NCBI GenBank assembly: GCA_048884785.1
Contig: JBHLQM010000027.1
Coordinates: forward strand, 1-16,128
From: Candidatus Thorarchaeota archaeon
GTDB lineage: Archaea > Asgardarchaeota > Thorarchaeia > Thorarchaeales > Thorarchaeaceae
DNA length: 16,128 nucleotides
Reading direction: 5' to 3'
Shown here: positions 9,186 through 15,665 of the stretch, piece by piece
Layout: each line of letters starts with the position of its first letter
Position numbering within the stretch: the first letter of the stretch is position 1
The notes under the pieces: model-generated
Databases searched by the model: none
The model's input: only the letters and a program-made list of their open reading frames with translations
Told to the model about the DNA's origin: nothing
Position numbers and translations under genes: made by a program

Positions 9186-9203
9186 CAGCCGGAGGGTTCC
9201 GGA

Positions 9204-9944
9204 ATGGACAATGAGCATATCTATGGTTTTCCAGAAATGGTAGTTGTATTGGTTGGCCCTGAGAATCCAGGCAATGTTGGATTTACTGTGAGAGTGATGG
9301 CGAATTTCGGTGTTACTAAGCTCAGAATTGTTGGCGATGATTTTCGGAAGAATCAGTATGCACAAATCATGGCAGTACATGCCTTAGATATCCTTGAGAA
9401 TGCGGAAATACATCCTTCGCTGGATTCTGCCTTGGAGGATATTGAGGCTGCGTGGGCGGCAACTGCACGGAGAGGAAGTAATCATAATGTGACACGTGCT
9501 GTCATCCCGCTCGTGGAACTTCCTGACCCAAAGACGCTCCCTGCAAGAGTGGCACTTGTCTTTGGAAGAGAGTCTACTGGCCTTGTGAATGAGGAGTTGG
9601 CACTCTGCGATATTGCATTCTATATTCCTACGTCGCGCGACTACCCCAGCATGAATTTGAGCCATGCTGTAGCTGTTACATTGTACGAACTCTATAGAAA
9701 ATATGCAAAGACGCCTCCGCCACGACCAACGGAAATCAAACCTGCCACAAAAGAGGAAAGGGAGCTAGTAGCCAAATTCTTTGATGAACTGATAGAGCTG
9801 ACAAGCATCAAAGATTTCAAGAAACCTATAGCTAAGCAGGTCTTCAGAAACCTGATGAATCGCGCCTTCATGACTGGCCGTGAAATAGCCACTCTTACTG
9901 GTACTATTAGAAAGATTACAGAGCTAATAGAGAATGACGAGTAG
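9204..9944 (+). CDS. trmJ: tRNA (cytidine/uridine-32-2'-O)-methyltransferase, TrmJ/TrmH SPOUT family
   Basis: VVLVGPENPGNVG...MANFG, LVFGRESTGL.NEEL..CD, IPTS.DYPSMNLSHAV; GGAGG SD. Confidence 0.9.
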   Translation: MDNEHIYGFPEMVVVLVGPENPGNVGFTVRVMANFGVTKLRIVGDDFRKNQYAQIMAVHALDILENAEIHPSLDSALEDIEAAWAATARRGSNHNVTRAVIPLVELPDPKTLPARVALVFGRESTGLVNEELALCDIAFYIPTSRDYPSMNLSHAVAVTLYELYRKYAKTPPPRPTEIKPATKEERELVAKFFDELIELTSIKDFKKPIAKQVFRNLMNRAFMTGREIATLTGTIRKITELIENDE

Positions 9945-9945
9945 G

Positions 9946-10485
9946 CTATTGGCCGTATCCCATTTTCCTCTTGAGGTCTGGATCGATCTTGTCGAAGACG
10001 ACTTTGCATGGAGTTGGCAATTTTGGAGCAGCTTTCTTCAATGCGATCTGTGCGTGTTTAATGTACTCCCTGTTGGTTCGAATGGTAATGATGGGTTGAT
10101 TAGGTTTGATTCTTGCCGCAGAGCCAATGACCTTGCCCCATGCTCGACGCATTCCATCTTGTACTCGGTCCGCACCTGCGCCTGAGATCATCTTGTTCTC
10201 TCGCAGATAGTGGTATGGCTTAATTCGTACACGCAGATGGTAGTTCTTTCTTCCAGCGAACTTTGTCATATGACGATTAGAAGCGATACGAATAGCTTCA
10301 AGAGCCTGATTTCGTATCTGGCATCTCTCTAGACCAATCAGGGAAAGCTCAACCTCAAAATCGCCGCTTGGCTCACCCATGTCATAACTGACTATACGTG
10401 AGGCTGGTTGCCTGTGGATATAGCGGCGCCTTACAAATGGTTGGCGGTCGCATTCTCGGTAGCAGTGTCCGGGTCTCTTTCCCAT
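9946..10485 (-). CDS. rpl10e: 50S ribosomal protein L10e (uL16)
   Basis: MGKRPGHCYR, QIRNQALEAIRI, LRENKMISGAGADRVQDGMRRAWGK, KLPTPC. GGTGA SD before ATG 10485. Confidence 0.97.
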   Translation of the reverse strand: MGKRPGHCYRECDRQPFVRRRYIHRQPASRIVSYDMGEPSGDFEVELSLIGLERCQIRNQALEAIRIASNRHMTKFAGRKNYHLRVRIKPYHYLRENKMISGAGADRVQDGMRRAWGKVIGSAARIKPNQPIITIRTNREYIKHAQIALKKAAPKLPTPCKVVFDKIDPDLKRKMGYGQ

Positions 10486-10788
10486 ACTAATCACCTAGAT
10501 TGGTCTATACCCTGAGAGTAGGGTCATCGTCATCGGCTACGGAGTGAATAAAAGGATTATGGAGTGTGACGTAATGAGTATGTGGTTTTCTGCCAAACTT
10601 TGGTGATTACCATTTCGTTCCTAATCGTGCGGATTCTGAAGGAAATATAGTCACATTGAAACGGGTAGCAAGAACGAACTAACATTGCCTAGTATACTCT
10701 CATGAAATATTAGTTACATATTGGAAATCATAAGCAATATTAGGTTGTAGAATGTTACAATTTGCAGCTCACTTAGTAGGTGAATTCT

Positions 10789-11277
10789 ATGGATGGAATG
10801 CAATTACTTCTTGGAATATTAAACTGGCTTCATCTGGTAGCCACTGTGACCTGGTTTGGCGGCATAACAACTAATGCCATAGTTCTTGTACCGTCAATGG
10901 GAGCTTCTCTTGATCCACCAACGGCTGGCAAATTCATGAATATATACATGAAGAAGTTCAAACCATTGGTCTACATCAGCATTATAATTCTCATTTCAAC
11001 AGGTCTTATTATCACTGTTCTGTTGAATCCACTCTATCTTGCACTCTCAAGTGAGTGGGCGATAATATTGCTAATCAAGCATGTGTTTGTCGCGCTGGCG
11101 GTCTTGGCCACTCTATATGGCTTTGAGGTTCTCGCTCCCAAAATAGCGAAGCTTGCTGCACAGGGTCCATCACCAGAGCTTGCACAACTTCAGAAAGTGC
11201 AAATGACTTCCGTGAAGATGGCAGTCATTATAGCGTTCATCATTCTACTACTCACTGGATTCCAAACAGCTCTTTGA
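10789..11277 (+). CDS. Four-TM membrane protein, CopD/DUF4149-like
   Basis: WLHLVATVTWFGG motif in TM1 and KH in TM3. AGGTGA SD before ATG 10789. Confidence 0.55.
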   Translation: MDGMQLLLGILNWLHLVATVTWFGGITTNAIVLVPSMGASLDPPTAGKFMNIYMKKFKPLVYISIIILISTGLIITVLLNPLYLALSSEWAIILLIKHVFVALAVLATLYGFEVLAPKIAKLAAQGPSPELAQLQKVQMTSVKMAVIIAFIILLLTGFQTAL

Positions 11278-11287
11278 GCAGGGTATC

Positions 11288-11333
11288 TGCTGGTCCAATA
11301 GATTGTCCAAAGAACGATTCTATTGGACCGGCG
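11288..11333 (+). terminator. Long stem-loop downstream of the CopD-like gene
   Basis: TGCTGGTCCAATAGA...TCTATTGGACCGGCG, about 15 bp plus an inner extension. The G-U pairs favour the + strand. It starts 11 nt after the stop. Confidence 0.55.
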
Positions 11334-11455
11334 GCGAATCGATATCGATTTCACTACTAGAGCCAAATCCTTTCTTTGCTAATAGAGGAATTCAAAAAAC
11401 ACGTGATGTAAGGGATTCATATGCATTGAATGAAACCTTAGAAATGGAGATTAAT

Positions 11456-11674
11456 ATGACACGTAGTAGAGGACGCCTAATTGCGGCAGTATTGCTATTC
11501 ATAGTAGGATTGGTCGTCTTTTTAGATGACCTCCATGATTTTATTCCTGGTTTTGCGTGGTTGCATTGGATGCCTGAGTTCAATCCGATTATCATATTCG
11601 GGTTCCATCTACAGCATCTTTACATTGGTGGGCTCATTATGCTGATTGCGCTTATTCTGGCAGCCTACGCTTGA
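11456..11674 (+). CDS. Small His/Asp-rich two-TM membrane protein (72 aa)
   Basis: GGAG SD then ATG 11456; TM-DDLHD-WLHW-FHLQHLYIG-TM. The upstream extension to 11303 overlaps the hairpin and palindrome and is probably non-coding. Confidence 0.65.
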   Translation: MTRSRGRLIAAVLLFIVGLVVFLDDLHDFIPGFAWLHWMPEFNPIIIFGFHLQHLYIGGLIMLIALILAAYA

Positions 11675-11756
11675 ATTGAATAGGTTAGTATCGAGCCGTA
11701 TATTAAATAGGAAGAGCTGCAAATAGCACATAGGTGTTTTCACCGGAGGGAACTAT

Positions 11757-12170
11757 GTGTCAAAAGAACTGATTGATATGTTGAATGAAGCTATTGCACG
11801 AGAGATTCAAGTAAGTATTCAATACATGTGGCAACATGTCAGGATTTATGGCTTCGATCACTTGGCAATTGCAGAGGAACTCAAGAAAGTCGCAGTTGAA
11901 GAGATGAAGCATGCTGAAGCAATTGCAGAGAGAGTTGACTACCTTGGAGGCATTCCTACAACAGTACCGGCCAAGATAACAATAGGAGAGAAACCTGAGG
12001 AAATGATACAGCTCGACAAGAAGGCCGAAGAAGAAGCAATTGCCATGTACAAGAAAATCATCGAAAAGGCCGAGGCTGAGAAGGACTATGTCACTAGGGA
12101 CATGTTCGAAGGCATCCTCGGAGATGAAGAAGATCATCACAATGTTTTCAGAACCCTACTAGAGAAATAG
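11757..12170 (+). CDS. bfr: Short bacterioferritin/ferritin-like di-iron protein
   Basis: Ferroxidase ligands E(IQVSIQY), EEMKH, EEEAI..Y, DEEDH. Met in EEMKH is at the Bfr heme-ligand position. GGAGG SD, GTG start, TATTAAATA box at 11701-11709. Confidence 0.85.
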   Translation: MSKELIDMLNEAIAREIQVSIQYMWQHVRIYGFDHLAIAEELKKVAVEEMKHAEAIAERVDYLGGIPTTVPAKITIGEKPEEMIQLDKKAEEEAIAMYKKIIEKAEAEKDYVTRDMFEGILGDEEDHHNVFRTLLEK

Positions 12171-12183
12171 CAGCATATAGGAT

Positions 12184-12217
12184 ATGGCAAGAGCTCTACT
12201 GATCGAGCTCTTGCTAT
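12184..12217. terminator. Stem-loop between the convergent bfr and VOC genes
   Basis: ATGGCAAGAGCTC-tactgatc-GAGCTCTTGCTAT, 13-bp stem with one G-U. Confidence 0.65.
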
Positions 12218-12238
12218 TGAATTCTTAATTGTAGGAAT

Positions 12239-12631
12239 TCACTCTTTCTTTATTCTTGGATCAGCAACGATTTGGATAGGATTGCCTTCAGTATCTTCGA
12301 TGTTAAAGTATGAAACCATATCAGGGATATCAACAATATCACTGGGGGAGAGCCCTTTGCTCTTGAAATATTTCATTGTCTTATCAATATCGTCAACATT
12401 GATTGTTAGTAATCCAGACCCTTTCTTAATCTCACCTTCTTGAAGATTAAGACCTAGTCTTGCCCCTTGAACTGGGAGTTCAAACTCCATCCATCCAATT
12501 TCAGCTCCACCATCCCAGACCTTCTTTAGTCCCATGACCTCTTCATAGAATTTCTTTGCTCGGTCATAGTTGGTGATATGATATTGGAAGTAGATTGAGT
12601 CCCTCTTGTATGGAAATGGATATTCTTTCAT
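12239..12631 (-). CDS. VOC/glyoxalase-bleomycin resistance family protein
   Basis: ITNYDRAKKFYEEVMGL, WMEF, INVDDID, FNIEDTEGNPIQI. GAGGT SD before ATG 12631. Confidence 0.85.
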   Translation of the reverse strand: MKEYPFPYKRDSIYFQYHITNYDRAKKFYEEVMGLKKVWDGGAEIGWMEFELPVQGARLGLNLQEGEIKKGSGLLTINVDDIDKTMKYFKSKGLSPSDIVDIPDMVSYFNIEDTEGNPIQIVADPRIKKE

Positions 12632-12701
12632 AGCGCAAACCTCAGTATTGATGACAATATCTGTCATTTCAGAGTTACTGTCTGTATCTGTTTGCTCTCT
12701 A

Positions 12702-12764
12702 GAATACCGCCCACCCTCGGAGTATACCGAAAATAATCAGCTATCTAAAGGGCGAGTGGTATTC
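12702..12764 (-). repeat. Imperfect inverted repeat (16-nt arms) enclosing a small internal hairpin
   Basis: Minus strand GAATACCACTCGCCCT...AGGGTGGGCGGTATTC, with inner TCGG-tatact-CCGA. Lies just after the dhs stop. Confidence 0.55.
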
Positions 12765-12774
12765 GTATCTTGGT

Positions 12775-13695
12775 TCAACCTCCCAGTGCAGCAAGTATCA
12801 GCAGGGGAAAGATAATAGTTGCATCGCCTATAACAGACTCGAAGGAAGCCTCTGTCTGGACTTTCTGCCATGAAACTCCCTCTTCCAGCGGGGCTCCACC
12901 CAGACTTCCACCTTCTGGTCGGTCAAGCGTGATTTGAACAGCAAGATCAAGTCCACCTTTTAGAATCGTACTACCCATGGTAAAGTGCTTGGATAGTCCT
13001 CCACCAAGCATAATCGCGCCAGTCTTCCGAGAGTTGGTCACAATCTCCCCCAGTATTCGAAGGTCTTTAACAAAATCCAATGAGAGTTTGTTTGTAGTGC
13101 TGTAGGTGTACATATGGAAGCCCAACATCGAGTCCATGAGTCCTGGCGAGAAGATGGGGACTTTCTTTCGTGTCGCCTGAAATACAATGGACTCTTCATC
13201 TTCAATTGTGCTTCCAAGTTTGGTGAGAAACTCGCTTGGTGAGAATGTTGTTCTCTCTTCGACGCTGAGGCTATCGAGAAAGCTGTAGATTTGGGATTCA
13301 AAGGTTTCAAAGTCCTTCTCCTGTACATAGAGGTCAGCAATTCGGCCCATTCCTGCCGCCCTCAGCTCGGAGTCATCCTTGTGGCTTGGCACTCGGTAGT
13401 GAGCTCCTCCATATGCCTCTACAAGATCATGAACAATGTTGGCTCCGCTTGTGATTATGACATCTATGTATCCATCTCTGACCAGATGAGAAACGATTTT
13501 TCTTAGCCCTCCTGGAACCATAGGACCAGACATGGAGAGATATGTCAGATAGTCCGTTTCATTAAACAACTTGGATACGATTGCTGCCGCACGTCCCAGT
13601 CTTCCCGCCCCAAGCACTCCGACATCATTCATAGACTTTACGAGATCGGACACAGATGTGATATCGCCTAAGTCAATATGGGACACTCTCTCCAT
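12775..13695 (-). CDS. dhs: Deoxyhypusine synthase
   Basis: SGPMVPGGLR, TSGANIVHD, GRIADLY, PGLMDS, GGGLSKH, and GSLGGAPLEEGVSWQK with the catalytic Lys. True start is ATG 13695 after GGTGA; the ORF-track extension to 13836 is not DHS-like. Confidence 0.95.
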   Translation of the reverse strand: MERVSHIDLGDITSVSDLVKSMNDVGVLGAGRLGRAAAIVSKLFNETDYLTYLSMSGPMVPGGLRKIVSHLVRDGYIDVIITSGANIVHDLVEAYGGAHYRVPSHKDDSELRAAGMGRIADLYVQEKDFETFESQIYSFLDSLSVEERTTFSPSEFLTKLGSTIEDEESIVFQATRKKVPIFSPGLMDSMLGFHMYTYSTTNKLSLDFVKDLRILGEIVTNSRKTGAIMLGGGLSKHFTMGSTILKGGLDLAVQITLDRPEGGSLGGAPLEEGVSWQKVQTEASFESVIGDATIIFPLLILAALGG

Positions 13696-13810
13696 TATTA
13701 TCACCGGACATTCGACCAGTGAGCTGGAGAGATAAGTCATTCTGTTGGGATTGGGGTAGGTGTGCGGGGTCGAAGCACTTTGGGAGGGCTTGAATCGAGC
13801 CCGCACATCT
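13687..13810 (-). promoter_or_regulatory. Structured 5' leader of dhs (upstream hairpin plus SD/AUG-sequestering hairpin)
   Basis: Hairpin at 13758-13810. Second hairpin TCTCTCCA-gc-TCACTGG-loop-CCGGTGA-taataa-TGGAGAGA at 13687-13732 pairs the SD and the UG of AUG. Confidence 0.5.
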
Positions 13811-13968
13811 GAAAAAATCAATGCTATGTATATCACGAATGATGTTCAGGTTTTTCTTAGGTTGTAATTCATTCATTAGAACGGATGCGACATGGAGAGG
13901 GAACCGAAAGTATTTGCACTGCGCCCAGTTCCATAACCTTAAACATGCGAAATGATGAAGTCTTTTGT

Positions 13969-14604
13969 ATGCAGGCTTTCATCAGCGATACTATCATCAT
14001 GATTGTACTCACTGCTCTATTCGTCCAGATGGTATGGATGACTATTGCTCGCAGAGCACGAGATAGATACCTTCGAGATATGGCCAATTTCAGAAAACCA
14101 GAGTCCCCATTCTCACGCTATTACGGATGGCGAGTGGATAGCCTCCGCAACTCTATTCTCGATGGCGTCGCTGTTGAAGTCATTTTGATTGTATCATTGC
14201 TTCTACTGCTATTCCTTTCCCTAGAACCATTTGAGATTCCAAGTGTATTCCCCGTAGTAATCTTCGTTATAGTCCTCTCTTCTATGAGCACTGCTCAAAC
14301 AGCTTACAGAGTAAAGGGACTCAAATTCAGAGAAACCCTGATTTCAAAGGAATTGGAGCTTTCAGTAGACAAAGTGGCCGCTGCTAGGAACATGGCAATT
14401 AATCTTCTATCAGCTGGAAAGGCTGCAGATGGTAGAGTTTGGTTTGCATTGTATAGGGTGGGTCAAAGGCAAGATCCAATTGGCTGGTCGGTACGAGATG
14501 TTCTTCTAGATGAGGAATTGAAGTTTATGTATCAGGGGATGCCAATAGGTGAAGGGCCAAAAACCGATGAGGCCTCCTCTTCTGATGGTCCAGGTATCAA
14601 TTAG
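13969..14604 (+). CDS. Hypothetical membrane protein (about three TM helices)
   Basis: Long ORF with hydrophobic segments and an acidic low-complexity tail. The likely start is ATG 13969, about 25-30 nt after a CCTTAAAC TATA-like box (leaderless). Confidence 0.7.
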   Translation: MQAFISDTIIMIVLTALFVQMVWMTIARRARDRYLRDMANFRKPESPFSRYYGWRVDSLRNSILDGVAVEVILIVSLLLLLFLSLEPFEIPSVFPVVIFVIVLSSMSTAQTAYRVKGLKFRETLISKELELSVDKVAAARNMAINLLSAGKAADGRVWFALYRVGQRQDPIGWSVRDVLLDEELKFMYQGMPIGEGPKTDEASSSDGPGIN

Positions 14605-14639
14605 ATGCCTTGGAGGAGTTTTGAGAGAAACTGAGACCA

Positions 14640-14655
14640 TTCGCAACTCTTATAT
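14640..14655 (+). promoter_or_regulatory. Putative BRE-TATA promoter for rpl35ae (TTCGCAACTCTTATAT)
   Basis: About 50 nt upstream of the ATG; shares 13 nt with the atpB upstream element. Confidence 0.6.
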
Positions 14656-14703
14656 GATTCACCTAGGGCGTCAACGAGAATTCTTCTGAACGAGGGATAC
14701 TGC

Positions 14704-14988
14704 ATGTCGACAAGTGATACAATCAAAGGCCAAAAAGGCGTTGTCGTAAGCTATCGTAGAGGAAAGCATCTACTACATCCAAACCAAGTAATTCTTCTAT
14801 TTGACACTGTGAAGACTAGATCAGTTGCTGCATCCCTCGTAGGCCGTAAGGTCAAGTGGGTATCAGAGACCGGAAAGGACTTTCTAGGAAAGGTTCTCGG
14901 TGCACATGGAAACAGCGGTGCAGTTCGGGCAAAGTTCAGGACCAACCTTCCAGGTCAGGCTATTGGTACTCCCGTCTATCTTGAGTGA
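14704..14988 (+). CDS. rpl35ae: 50S ribosomal protein L35Ae (eL33)
   Basis: KGVVVSYRRG, LVGRKVKW, GKVLGAHGNSGAVRAKFRTNLPGQAIG. Confidence 0.96.
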   Translation: MSTSDTIKGQKGVVVSYRRGKHLLHPNQVILLFDTVKTRSVAASLVGRKVKWVSETGKDFLGKVLGAHGNSGAVRAKFRTNLPGQAIGTPVYLE

Positions 14989-15026
14989 TTTCATCAGTTT
15001 TATTTGTTCATCACAGGATGATAATA

Positions 15027-15099
15027 TGGCTCCAGTGATGACCATTGGCTAGATGAGGGTGAAAGCCCGATGATGTGTCATAGTTAGTCGGAGGAGCCA
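15027..15099 (+). ncRNA. Box C/D dual-guide methylation sRNA
   Basis: Terminal stem TGGCTCC/GGAGCCA; box C GTGATGA 15035-41; D' ATGA 15053-56; GGGT-GAAA-GCCC hairpin; C' ATGATGT 15070-76; D CGGA 15089-92. Spacers are 11 and 12 nt, and a T-tract follows. Confidence 0.85.
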
Positions 15100-15122
15100 C
15101 TTTTCTAATAGTAGGGATTCCA

Positions 15123-15665
15123 ATGATTCAATGGATTATCTATTTCTTTGCCTATCTGATGGCGGGACTCACTCTAAAGATAGGAGATGATTTGCTTGAT
15201 TTTTTGGACCGTCCCTCACTTGCATGGTATCCGCTTGGCATGTCGGGTATTCTATTTGGAGTTCTGATGACACTCAGCGAATGGGATTTAGTTCTTCTAT
15301 CTGCAATTGTGATTGGAGTCCTATTATCAGGAAAGGTCAATCATAGACAGTTTGGAGTGGGATTCATGGCAATCATTGTCATTTTGCTTATTCTTGGCCT
15401 TCCAGCTATCTCTGATCTCCTGAATTGGTTTGCCCTGCTATTCATGCTATTCATGGCTTCAGTACTTGATGAGAAAGGGAATGATTGGACTGACAAGGCA
15501 ACCAATCCACTTGCATCAATGTTCTTCAAATATAGATTCACACTCAAGGTGAGCGCGCTTTTACTGGCAATCCCGTGGCTTGGTTTCCTGCCTACTGCGA
15601 TAGGTCTATTGATTTTTGATGTGGGGTATGAGCTGGCAGGCTGGATGACTAGACACCTGATCTAG
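15123..15665 (+). CDS. Conserved-type archaeal multi-pass membrane protein with a KxxDDxxD motif
   Basis: About six hydrophobic helices; motifs KIGDDLLD, SGKVNH, LDEKGND, FFKYR. Confidence 0.7.
   Translation: MIQWIIYFFAYLMAGLTLKIGDDLLDFLDRPSLAWYPLGMSGILFGVLMTLSEWDLVLLSAIVIGVLLSGKVNHRQFGVGFMAIIVILLILGLPAISDLLNWFALLFMLFMASVLDEKGNDWTDKATNPLASMFFKYRFTLKVSALLLAIPWLGFLPTAIGLLIFDVGYELAGWMTRHLI

Noticed and set aside
10505-10535. Possible K-turn (ATGA-CCCT/AGGG-TATA-GA) in the rpl10e leader
   Set aside because: The bulge length is non-canonical and there is no supporting NC stem.
10740-10749. TTAGGTTGTA (repeated at 13857-13866) and TAGGTTAG upstream of bfr as DtxR-type boxes
   Set aside because: These are half-sites only with no dyad partner, and a 10-mer repeat is expected by chance in 16 kb.
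11303-11455. N-terminal extension of the 123-aa ORF
   Set aside because: Its TTG start lies inside a hairpin, and ATG 11456 has an SD.
13774-13787. AGCACTTTGGGAGG is identical to part of the human Alu consensus; considered SRP RNA or contamination
   Set aside because: Only 14 nt match, the flanks do not, and there is no SRP helix-8 motif in the intergenic region. Coincidence.
13758-13810. Hairpin as an H/ACA guide (CCCGC-ACA-TCT), tRNA or archaeal SECIS
   Set aside because: The ACA is itself base-paired, and there is no pseudouridylation pocket, K-turn or cloverleaf.
13696-13836. 47-aa N-terminal extension of DHS in the ORF track
   Set aside because: It is not DHS-like, ATG 13695 has a good SD, and the region is better explained as structured leader.
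15053-15072. ATGA-stem-GAAA-stem-GA as a eukaryote-like SECIS
   Set aside because: The stem is only 4 bp, it is fully explained as the C'/D' K-turn, and no gene here needs UGA readthrough.
49-15547. Numerous short antisense or alternate-frame ORFs in the track (e.g. 397-642, 4106-4462, 6699-7076, 11760-12140)
   Set aside because: They are shadows of well-supported genes with no motifs or start signals.
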